Shown here: positions 1 to 9,089 of the stretch, in pieces
Layout of the letters: each line of letters opens with the position of its first letter
Numbering within the stretch: the first letter of the stretch is position 1
DNA from: an uncultured Thermococci archaeon
Lineage (GTDB): Archaea > CAYQAE01 > CAYVLA01
Assembly: GCA_964549615.1 (NCBI GenBank)
Contig: CAZJVP010000097.1
Coordinates: forward strand, 1 to 11,747
Length of the DNA stretch: 11,747 bases
Direction: 5' to 3'
The notes under the pieces: generated by a model
What the model saw: only the letters and a program-made list of their open reading frames with translations
Database searches by the model: none
Told to the model about the DNA's origin: nothing
Made by a program: the position numbers and the translations under genes

Positions 1-93
1 CTGGCCGTCGGGCTGCTTGCCGTCCTCGTGACGGTCGCAGTGAGGATCGTCGTGGGGATACTTTTCAGGATCACGCTCTTCGCGCTCCCCTAG
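1..93 (+). CDS. 3' end of a membrane protein (partial, runs off the left edge)
   Basis: Frame 1 translates as LAVGLLAVLVTVAVRIVVGILFRITLFALP* (TAG at 91-93). It is strongly hydrophobic with GC-ending codons. It is not in the ORF track. Confidence 0.65.
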   Translation: MAVGLLAVLVTVAVRIVVGILFRITLFALP

Positions 94-108
94 GTCTTGG
101 CACCTAGG
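89..108. terminator. 7-bp perfect stem-loop over the stop codon, possible terminator between convergent genes
   Basis: CCTAGGT-cttggc-ACCTAGG, followed by CTTCT. Confidence 0.3.
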
Positions 109-194
109 CTTCTGCCAGCGCAGGCCGGGCCGAAGCTGGACCTTCCCGGCGTTGAAACCGTTTCAGCGAGGACGTCCCGCCGGCGCGCCGGAGC

Positions 195-1175
195 TCAATA
201 GAGGTGGCACGCGACCTGATGGTCTTTCCCGACCTCCCTCATCGCGGGGACTTCAAGCGGGCACCTTTCGAATGCCCTTGGGCATCGCGGGTGAAACCTG
301 CAACCTGGAGGCACGTTGACGGCGGAGGGCACCTCGCCTTTCAGCTCGATTGGTTTCCTCTTTCGATGGGGATCGGGAACGGGAATGGCCGAAAGCAGGG
401 CCTCGGTGTAAGGGTGAAGCGGGCGTGAAAAGATCTCGGCCTTCCGGCCTAGCTCTATCACCTTGCCCAAGTACATGATGGCTATCCTGTCCGATATGTG
501 TTTGGCCACGGCCAAGTCGTGCGTGATGAAGACGTACGTCAGGCCCAGTTCCCTCCGCAGGTCGAGCATGAGGTCGATCAGCGTCGTCCTGAGGGAGACA
601 TCGATCATCGAGACGGGTTCATCCGCCACCACGAACTCCGGTTGCGTGATGATGGATCTTGCCAGCGCGGCCCGCTGCCGCTGCCCCCCGCTCAGCTGGT
701 GAGGATACAGGTCGATGAACTGCTCCGCCGGCGACAGCCCCACCTTCTCCAGCATCTCGATCACCCTCTTCCTCTTCTCATCTCCCTTGGCGAGGTTGTG
801 GATCTCAAGCGGGTGCCCAACTGCCGTGCCGATCCTCATCCTCGGATTGAATGATGCATACGGGTCTTGGAATACGATTTGCATCTTCCTCCTCAGCAGC
901 CTGAGATCCTCGCCCTTGAGGTTGGTGATCTCCCTGCCGTCAAAGAAGATCCTGCCTGCGGTGGGCTCAAGAAGTCTGACCAGAAGCCTCCCCGTGGTCG
1001 TCTTTCCGCAGCCGCTTTCCCCAGCCAGGGTGAAGACCTCCCCCCGCTTTATCGAAAAGCTGACCCCGTCGACCGCCTTGAGGAACTGCGTCTCCCTCGT
1101 GAAGAGCTTCTCGAGGAAGCTCTTCTCGATCGGGAAGTACTTGACGAGATCCTCGACCCTAGCGATCTCGCTCAG
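195..1175 (-). CDS. oppF: Oligopeptide/dipeptide ABC transporter ATP-binding subunit (OppF/DppF-like), 326 aa, probable CTG start
   Basis: The frame of track ORF 195..884 is open upstream: (L)SEIARVEDLVKYFPIEKSFLEKLFTRETQFLKAVDGVSFSIKRGEVFTLAGESGCGKTTTGRLLVRLLEPTAGRIFFDG. It contains Walker A GESGCGKT, Q-loop FQDP, signature LSGGQRQR, Walker B VVADEP, H-loop ITHD and the C-terminal GCRFHPRC...VACH domain. SD GGAGGTG lies 7 nt before CTG 1175, and an in-frame TGA at 1193-1191 bounds the frame. Confidence 0.93.
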   Translation of the reverse strand: MSEIARVEDLVKYFPIEKSFLEKLFTRETQFLKAVDGVSFSIKRGEVFTLAGESGCGKTTTGRLLVRLLEPTAGRIFFDGREITNLKGEDLRLLRRKMQIVFQDPYASFNPRMRIGTAVGHPLEIHNLAKGDEKRKRVIEMLEKVGLSPAEQFIDLYPHQLSGGQRQRAALARSIITQPEFVVADEPVSMIDVSLRTTLIDLMLDLRRELGLTYVFITHDLAVAKHISDRIAIMYLGKVIELGRKAEIFSRPLHPYTEALLSAIPVPDPHRKRKPIELKGEVPSAVNVPPGCRFHPRCPRAFERCPLEVPAMREVGKDHQVACHLY

Positions 1176-2145
1176 GTTCGCGCACCTCCTTCAGACATCT
1201 GACGAAGTGTCCTGGAGAAACCTCAACGAGCGATGGCTGGTCTTGGCAGCATCTATCGCATCTCTCTAAGCAGCGGGGCCAAAAGGCGCAGCCGCTCGGC
1301 GGGTTAAGCAGGTTTGGCGGGGAGCCGCCGATCGCCTTCAGCCTCTGTTCGCCCAGCTCAATGTTGGGAATGCTGGCCAAAAGCCCCCGGGTGTATGGAT
1401 GGATCGGATTTGCGTGCAGCTCGACCGCGCTCGCCAGCTCAACCACCGTTCCGGCGTACATGACCATTACCTTGTCGCATCTCTCCAGCACGATGCTCAG
1501 GTCATGGGTGACGAGCATCAGAGCCATGCCATACCTGTCTCGCAGGCTTCTCAGGAGGTCCAGGATCTTCGCCTGGACTATGACGTCCAACGCGGTCGTG
1601 GGTTCGTCCGCGATCACGAGGTCGGGGTCAAGTCCGATGGCAAGCGCGATCATGATCCGTTGCCGCATGCCGCCGCTGAACTGGTGCGGGTAATCGTTCA
1701 CCCGCTCGGGCAGTATGCCCACATCGATCAGCGCTCTTCTGGCCCGGTCCAGCGCATCCTTCTCCGAAACCTCCGGCTGGTGGGTCCGGACGAGCTCGAT
1801 GAAGTGTGCGCCCACCTTCTTCACCGGGTTTAGGGAGGTCATGGGGTCCTGGAAAACGTATGCGACTTTCTTGCCCCGAATCGATCGCATCCTCTCCTCC
1901 GGCAGGCTTAGAAGGTCGACGCCGTCCATGATGATCTGGCCCCCGACGATCACGCCAGGACGAGGCACGAGCCGAATGATGGAAAGCCCAAGCGTCGACT
2001 TGCCCGAGCCGGATTCGCCCACTATCCCTAAAGTTTCCCCCTTTTCCAGAGTGAAGGAGACGTCGTTGACTGCCCGGACGTTTCCCCGCCGCGTTCTGTA
2101 CTCAACGACCAATGAACGCACTTCTAAGAACGGCAATCGGCTCAC
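1159..2145 (-). CDS. oppD: Oligopeptide/dipeptide ABC transporter ATP-binding subunit (OppD/DppD-like)
   Basis: Walker A GESGSGKS, FQDPMTSLNP, YPHQFSGGMRQR, IADEPTTALD and Cys-rich C-terminal GCAFWPRC...HFVRC. The GTG start is 1 nt after the oppC stop. Confidence 0.95.
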   Translation of the reverse strand: MSRLPFLEVRSLVVEYRTRRGNVRAVNDVSFTLEKGETLGIVGESGSGKSTLGLSIIRLVPRPGVIVGGQIIMDGVDLLSLPEERMRSIRGKKVAYVFQDPMTSLNPVKKVGAHFIELVRTHQPEVSEKDALDRARRALIDVGILPERVNDYPHQFSGGMRQRIMIALAIGLDPDLVIADEPTTALDVIVQAKILDLLRSLRDRYGMALMLVTHDLSIVLERCDKVMVMYAGTVVELASAVELHANPIHPYTRGLLASIPNIELGEQRLKAIGGSPPNLLNPPSGCAFWPRCLERCDRCCQDQPSLVEVSPGHFVRCLKEVREPERDR

Positions 2146-2146
2146 A

Positions 2147-3022
2147 TCATTGTTCGAGCCTTGGGTTGAGCAGCTCGCTCAGCCCTTCCCCGATCAGGGT
2201 GAAGCCCAGCGCCAAGAGGACGATCATCACGCCGGGGAAGGTTATGACCCACCACGCCCCGCTTGGAAGCAGCCCCCTTCCGTCGGTCAGATCCCAGCCC
2301 CAATCGGGAATCGATTTCTCCACGCCCAGTCCAACGAAGGTCAGGCCCGCCGCGGTCAGGATCGCGTCGGCGAAGTTCACGGTAGCTACAACCACTATCG
2401 AGCCCACGAGATTGGGCAGAACGTAGCGCAGGAGTATCGTGCGCTCTCGGGCACCTATTGCCCGAGCAGCCTCCGTGTAGGGCAGCTCCCTGATAGTGAG
2501 CACCTGGCTCCGAACCACCCGGTAATATGAAGGAACGTAGACCACCGCGATGGAAAGGGCCATGTTCACGGTCCCCCTCCCTAGCATGGCCGCGATCGCT
2601 ATGGCGAGAACCAGCCCCGGAAACGCGTAGAAACTGTCCATCACCAGGGACACCGCCTTGTCTGCAATCCCGCCCGAGTAGGAAGCCAAGAGCCCGACGG
2701 GTACCCCCACGATCAGACAGAAGAAGGCGGACAAAACCGCCACTTGCAACATCACTCCGCCGCCGCTGAAGACCCTGCTCAGCATGTCCTGGCCGAGATG
2801 ATTCGTTCCCAGTGGGAAGCGCTTGCTTGGCGGCGAGATCACCGGGCCGACGTTTATTGCCGACGGATCGTAGGGCGAGATCCAAGGGGAGAGCACGGTC
2901 ATCAGAACGATCGAAAAGACTATCGCGGACCCAATGAGCACTATCTTCCCGGCCGACCCCCCTCTTGCCAACGAGGCGATGCCGGGCAGGAGCCGCGCAA
3001 TCATGGACCGCTTCATCGGCAT
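2147..3022 (-). CDS. oppC: Peptide ABC transporter permease (OppC/DppC-like)
   Basis: PLGTNHLGQDMLSR, EAA loop YTEAARAIGA, PDWG, WWVITFPG and LIGEGLSELLNPR. SD GGAGGAGAGG is upstream. Alternative ATG starts lie within the first codons. Confidence 0.94.
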   Translation of the reverse strand: MPMKRSMIARLLPGIASLARGGSAGKIVLIGSAIVFSIVLMTVLSPWISPYDPSAINVGPVISPPSKRFPLGTNHLGQDMLSRVFSGGGVMLQVAVLSAFFCLIVGVPVGLLASYSGGIADKAVSLVMDSFYAFPGLVLAIAIAAMLGRGTVNMALSIAVVYVPSYYRVVRSQVLTIRELPYTEAARAIGARERTILLRYVLPNLVGSIVVVATVNFADAILTAAGLTFVGLGVEKSIPDWGWDLTDGRGLLPSGAWWVITFPGVMIVLLALGFTLIGEGLSELLNPRLEQ

Positions 3023-3037
3023 CTTCGGCCTCTCCTC

Positions 3038-4270
3038 CTACAGCCGTATCCTGGGGTCAAGGTACGCATAAAGGACGTCCACCACGAGGCTCACGAGTGC
3101 CACCATGAGGCCGAACAGGACGACGGCACCTTGGATGCCCGTGTAGTCCCTGAAGTTGATCCTGTCCACGAGGTACCTGCCCAATCCCGGCCACGAGAAG
3201 GTCGTCTCTGTCAGGATGGCCCCGCCAAGGAGGGCGGCGAACTGAAGCCCCATCATCGTGAGAACCGGTAGGAACGCGTTCCGGAGGGCATAGCCGTATA
3301 TCACGCTATTCTCCTTCAGTCCCCTCGCCCTCGCGGCCGAAACGAAGTCCAGCCTGAGGGTCTCTAGCATGTTGCTTCTCGTCAGCCTTATGAAGATCCC
3401 GCAGAGGACGAGGCCCAGCGTCAAGGACGGGAGAAACAGGTACCTCAGGGCCTCGACGAGCTTGACAGGGCTTCCCTCGAGTATGCTGTCGATCGTGAAC
3501 AGGCCTGTCTTCAGCCGGAAGACCCCCACGCCGGAGTAGTGCCACAACAACGCTGCGAAGATGAGCCAACAGATGGTGAAACCCGACAAGCATATCGCAA
3601 GTCCCCTTGCGCGAAACGCGACGTGCCGTCTCCTAAGCAGCCAGTAGATGATGCCCGCCGCCACCAGGCCCACTGGGAGGGAGCGCAGAAGAGTGGAAAG
3701 AAAACCGCTCTCGGGCCGGCTCATGTTCAGGAGAAGGCCCCGGGGCTCCAGAGTCGGATAAATCCTTCCGCCGGTGGGAAACCAGTGAAGGCCGATCCCA
3801 AAGACCATCTGGAAGACCATCCCCAGGAAGAAGACCGGTATCGCGTACATGACCACGCCGAAGGCCCTGATCGAATGATCTTGGAGCGATCCATAGAAGC
3901 GGGATGCCCTGACCCCTAGCAGCACTCCCGTGACCACGGCGACCACGATCGCACATATGGCAAGCTCCAGGGTGGCCGGAAAGGCAGAGAATATCTGCTG
4001 GGCAACGGGCGAGAAATCCTGCATGGACTTGCCAAAGTCGCCGCCGATGATTCCGACCAGGTAGCGGGCGTACTGCACGTGGAGAGGCTTGTCTAAGCCC
4101 AGGTTCTGCCTAAGCCTTTCGACGTCCTCGGGCTTGGCATGTTTCTCGAAATGGAGCAGAACGGGATCGCCCGGGAGAACCCTGACCACAATGAATACGA
4201 TCGAAAGCAGTAACAGTATCATCGGTATCGTCAGCAGAAGCCTTGTAACCACGTACGATCGAAGGCTCAA
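3038..4270 (-). CDS. oppB: Peptide ABC transporter permease (OppB/DppB-like) with an internal hydrophobic insertion
   Basis: LPGDP, GLDKPLHVQY, GDFGKS, FPATLEL, EAA loop FVSAARARGL, TETTFSWPGLG and YAYLDPRIR. TTG start with GGTAGGTGA SD. Confidence 0.94.
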   Translation of the reverse strand: MSLRSYVVTRLLLTIPMILLLLSIVFIVVRVLPGDPVLLHFEKHAKPEDVERLRQNLGLDKPLHVQYARYLVGIIGGDFGKSMQDFSPVAQQIFSAFPATLELAICAIVVAVVTGVLLGVRASRFYGSLQDHSIRAFGVVMYAIPVFFLGMVFQMVFGIGLHWFPTGGRIYPTLEPRGLLLNMSRPESGFLSTLLRSLPVGLVAAGIIYWLLRRRHVAFRARGLAICLSGFTICWLIFAALLWHYSGVGVFRLKTGLFTIDSILEGSPVKLVEALRYLFLPSLTLGLVLCGIFIRLTRSNMLETLRLDFVSAARARGLKENSVIYGYALRNAFLPVLTMMGLQFAALLGGAILTETTFSWPGLGRYLVDRINFRDYTGIQGAVVLFGLMVALVSLVVDVLYAYLDPRIRL

Positions 4271-4280
4271 AGTGCACGTT

Positions 4281-4303
4281 CACCTACCTTCCGGTGGCAG
4301 GCG
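4281..4303 (-). promoter_or_regulatory. mRNA hairpin that covers the oppB Shine-Dalgarno
   Basis: The minus strand reads CGCCUGCC-accggaa-GGUAGGUG, an 8-bp stem with two G-U pairs. The 3' arm is the SD. Confidence 0.4.
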
Positions 4304-4308
4304 GGTAT

Positions 4309-4332
4309 GAAGAAAAAGTGAAAGAAATAAAG
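4309..4332 (-). terminator. Oligo-T tract immediately after the SBP stop (archaeal-type intrinsic terminator or attenuator)
   Basis: The minus strand reads CTTTATTTCTTTCACTTTTTCTTC right after the TAA, in an otherwise GC-rich window. Confidence 0.55.
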
Positions 4333-4333
4333 C

Positions 4334-5974
4334 TTATCGTTTCTCGAGCAGCCAAAGCCGCCAGACCTGGGAGATGTCCAAGTAGACGCCCGTAACGTCC
4401 GGCTTCGTCACCGCCCATGCGGAGCTCTGGAACAATGGCACGATCGGAGCATCCTCGACCATGAGGTCCTGGATCTGCGCGTAGAGGCTTTCCCTGGTGG
4501 CCGCATCCGCCGTGGCGCGGGCATCCTCGATCAGCTTGTCCATCTGGCTGTTCGCGTAGTTGTTGTGTAGCCAGGACGAACCCGACGAGTGCAGGAAGGG
4601 ATAGACGTAGTTGTCTGGGTCGACGTAGTCTGGGTACCAGCCGTAGATGTATGCCGGCATGCTCTCCTCGCCCCTCTTCACCCTGTAGGCCGGCCAGTCA
4701 AGCCCGTGGAGGTTCACCTTGATCACCCCGCTGGCCTCTAGGGATGACTTGATGACCGCTGCCTGGTCTGCGCTCTGCGGGTAGTGCCCAGAGGTCTCGT
4801 ACCAGAGGTCGATCTCCAGTTTGTTCGTCTCCGAGTAGCCAAGCGCGCCGAGGGCGCTCCTGGTGAAGGAGTAGTTCGCATCGCCGAGCTTCTTGTATGC
4901 ATCGGTATGGCCCATCATGCCGTTGGGTATCATGCTATAGAGATTCGCTGCCTGTCCAAGGAAGACGGTCCTGCAGATAGCGGTCCTGTTCAGGGCCGCG
5001 GCAACGGCCCTTCTGACCACTGGGTCATCGAATGGCTTTATCTTCTGCTGGAAGATCATATACTGGATGAAGGCGCCTGTGCCCTCCCAGACCTTGACGT
5101 TGGTCTTCGTCTTGAAGTTCTCTATGTCCGATGCTTTGAGCTGTCTGAAGGCCACGTCGATATCGCCCGCGTCGATGGCCAGCGCAAGTGCTGTGGCGTC
5201 GGCATAGAACTTGATTATGAGTTCCTCCGACTTCGGCAGTCCCTTGTCCCAGTAGTTCGGGTTGGCCTTGAACCTCATCTCATAGTCCTTTCCGGCCACC
5301 CTCGTCCAATTTGTCAAGATGTAAGGCCCAAGATCGTTGGGGCAGCTCGCCCTAGCGTCCCCCTCAACGTAGCCCACGGTCTTGTCAAACGGCGCATACT
5401 TGGGGTTCACGATGTACGCGACCGGCGAGGCCATGAGGGAAAGGAAAGGACCGAATGGGATCTTGAGGTGGAACTTCACCTGGTACTTGCTCGCCACCTC
5501 GACGCTGTCGATGATGTCGCTAAACCCGATGCCTACAAAGGCCCCCTCCGGGACGGCAAGGCTCATCCCTCTGTCGATGCTGTACTTGACGTGGGTGGCG
5601 TTGAACTCGGTCCCGTCTGAGAACTTGACCCCCTCCCTGAGATCGAACGTCCAGGTCAGCCCATCGTTGCTTACGGACCATTTCGTCGCGAGCGACGGCA
5701 TCACGTCCTTGGCGCCCGCTCCGTACGGGGTTCCTTCCTTGATCTGCACAAGTCCGCAGCCCGTGGCCTGGATGATCTCCCAGCCGAAGAAGTCGTAGGC
5801 CTCGGCTGGGTCGATGTTGGTTTCAACCGAGTCGGTTGTTCCCATGATCAACGCTTTGACCTTGGGCTTGGGAGCCATGAGGTACCATGCTGCCAGCACT
5901 ATGATGATCACTAGAACGATAGCTCCGATGACGACGGTCGTCGAAAGTCCCTTTTTGGAATCCTTCATTTTCAA
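4334..5974 (-). CDS. oppA: Family 5 (OppA/DppA/NikA-like) solute-binding protein, N-terminally membrane anchored
   Basis: PSLATKWSVSNDGLTWTFDLREGVKFSDGTEFNA (family 5 signature), GPYIL...NPNYW, PFDDPVVRRAVAAALNR and GWYPDYVDPDNY. N-terminal KKGLS is followed by a hydrophobic helix. SD GGAGGT precedes TTG 5974 (ATG 5968 is an alternative). The substrate cannot be determined. Confidence 0.95.
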   Translation of the reverse strand: MKMKDSKKGLSTTVVIGAIVLVIIIVLAAWYLMAPKPKVKALIMGTTDSVETNIDPAEAYDFFGWEIIQATGCGLVQIKEGTPYGAGAKDVMPSLATKWSVSNDGLTWTFDLREGVKFSDGTEFNATHVKYSIDRGMSLAVPEGAFVGIGFSDIIDSVEVASKYQVKFHLKIPFGPFLSLMASPVAYIVNPKYAPFDKTVGYVEGDARASCPNDLGPYILTNWTRVAGKDYEMRFKANPNYWDKGLPKSEELIIKFYADATALALAIDAGDIDVAFRQLKASDIENFKTKTNVKVWEGTGAFIQYMIFQQKIKPFDDPVVRRAVAAALNRTAICRTVFLGQAANLYSMIPNGMMGHTDAYKKLGDANYSFTRSALGALGYSETNKLEIDLWYETSGHYPQSADQAAVIKSSLEASGVIKVNLHGLDWPAYRVKRGEESMPAYIYGWYPDYVDPDNYVYPFLHSSGSSWLHNNYANSQMDKLIEDARATADAATRESLYAQIQDLMVEDAPIVPLFQSSAWAVTKPDVTGVYLDISQVWRLWLLEKR

Positions 5975-6027
5975 CTTAGACCTCCGAAATCTCTTGGTTT
6001 CGGATCGCTCGGGGTTTGGCCGTTAAG

Positions 6028-6042
6028 GATTTAAACTTTGTG
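6028..6042 (-). promoter_or_regulatory. Archaeal-type BRE/TATA promoter of the opp operon
   Basis: The minus strand reads CACAAAG-TTTAAA-TC (TTTAAA at 6035-6030), about 55 nt upstream of the SBP start. This leaves room for a short leader containing GGAGGT. Confidence 0.6.
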
Positions 6043-6173
6043 CCGCGGATCAATTTTGGGCATCTCAATGTTGATTTGAGGTTCCGTTGGCTTCCCCTCC
6101 CCTCCACATCCAACTAAAGGGAGGCACGCCATCCAGCAGCTAGGAAGGCGTTGGGCAGAAGCTTCTTTCATGA

Positions 6174-8187
<2,014 letters not shown>

Positions 8188-8189
<2 letters not shown>

Positions 8190-8242
8190 CGAGGCTGGCT
8201 GCGAGCCATCCGCGCCTGCGCTGATCAGCGGGCCTCATCGCT
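8188..8242. terminator. Structured spacer between convergent genes, possible bidirectional terminator
   Basis: Contains the TGGCT-gcg-AGCCA hairpin (8197-8209), the perfect palindrome CGCTGATCAGCG (8219-8230) and outer complementarity GAGGC/GCCTC. There is no U-tract. Confidence 0.25.
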
Positions 8243-9010
8243 TCATGGCGAGGAAAGCTCCTTCCACAAGGCCCTGTAGTAACGCAGAACCCTGACGGGG
8301 TCCGGGCTCTCCGGGATCTCGGCGAGGCAGTACCCGTCGAATCGAGCCTTCCTCAGGAGCGTGAAGAGCTCGCGCCAGGGGTACTCCTCCAGGTAGAGGT
8401 CCCGCATGTGCACCTGCCTGATCCACTTCCTCAGGAGATTGAAGTTCGCCGCGATCGAGCCCTCGACCACCTCGAAGTTGTTGGAGTTCCAGCACACGAA
8501 CACGTTCTCGTGGTCCGCCACCTCCATGATGGTGCGGATGCACTTCGGGTCCTGTGTGCCGCGGCCGTGAACCTCCAGCCTTATCTCGATGCCGTAGTCC
8601 TTGGCGAACTCTCCGCACTCCCGCAGCGCCAGCCCGATCTGCTCGAGCGTCTTCTCCTTTGGGACTCCCGCCTCCAGCTGCAGCCCATTGGGCCTGACCT
8701 TCACTTCCTCGGCACCGACGTCCCTGGCCAGGACCACGTAGCGTTTGGTCCCCTCTATGTTCCTCTTGACCTCACTTGGGTCAGTCGAGTGGAACTCAAA
8801 AGCTGTGCCCAGCCCAACCAGCTTGATGCTCGAACTCTCGAACATCTCGCGGACTCTCCTGCGCTCGGGTCCGGTAAGGGTATCCTCCACGCCGTGGGCG
8901 TGGGTTGTCCGCAGCTCGACTCCCTCAAAGCCCGTCTCCTTGCACCTGTCGATGATCGTCTGAAGGTCCCAATCTTTGGCTATGTTATACGTGACTAGTC
9001 CCAGCTTCAT
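8243..9010 (-). CDS. Sugar phosphate isomerase/epimerase family protein (xylose isomerase-like TIM barrel), 255 aa
   Basis: MKLGLVTY...GFEGVELR, with metal-site positions at LEVHG, CWNSN, VHMRD and CLAEI. I moved the start from 9046 to ATG 9010 because MKLG is a typical beta-1 start, GTGAGG precedes it, and ATG 9046 lies inside the TATA element. Confidence 0.88.
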   Translation of the reverse strand: MKLGLVTYNIAKDWDLQTIIDRCKETGFEGVELRTTHAHGVEDTLTGPERRRVREMFESSSIKLVGLGTAFEFHSTDPSEVKRNIEGTKRYVVLARDVGAEEVKVRPNGLQLEAGVPKEKTLEQIGLALRECGEFAKDYGIEIRLEVHGRGTQDPKCIRTIMEVADHENVFVCWNSNNFEVVEGSIAANFNLLRKWIRQVHMRDLYLEEYPWRELFTLLRKARFDGYCLAEIPESPDPVRVLRYYRALWKELSSP

Positions 9011-9039
9011 CTGCCTCACAAAGCAGCGGCTGAGACGGA

Positions 9040-9058
9040 GACCCATTTAAAATGTGTC
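9040..9058. promoter_or_regulatory. Palindromic TATA element, probable bidirectional promoter and/or operator
   Basis: GAC-C-CATTT-A-AAATG-T-GTC, centred at 9049 midway between the divergent starts at 9010 and 9090. It is the only AT-rich patch in the spacer. Confidence 0.6.
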
Positions 9059-9089
9059 GATCCGCGTCCCGTGAAGGAGGCCGGCTTGG

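Noticed and set aside
195-884. oppF as a truncated 229-aa protein or pseudogene
   Set aside because: The frame is open and conserved up to 1175, including Walker A. Only the start codon is unusual.
2142-2885. 247-aa same-strand alternative-frame ORF inside oppC
   Set aside because: Its Arg/Gly/Ala-rich composition is typical of an off-frame reading of high-GC3 codons. oppC is intact without any frameshift.
204-5798. Many long plus-strand ORFs opposite the opp operon (e.g. 715..1269, 1715..2530, 4784..5620)
   Set aside because: They are antisense shadows of GC-rich genes, with no recognisable motifs or SD sites, and they overlap confidently identified genes.
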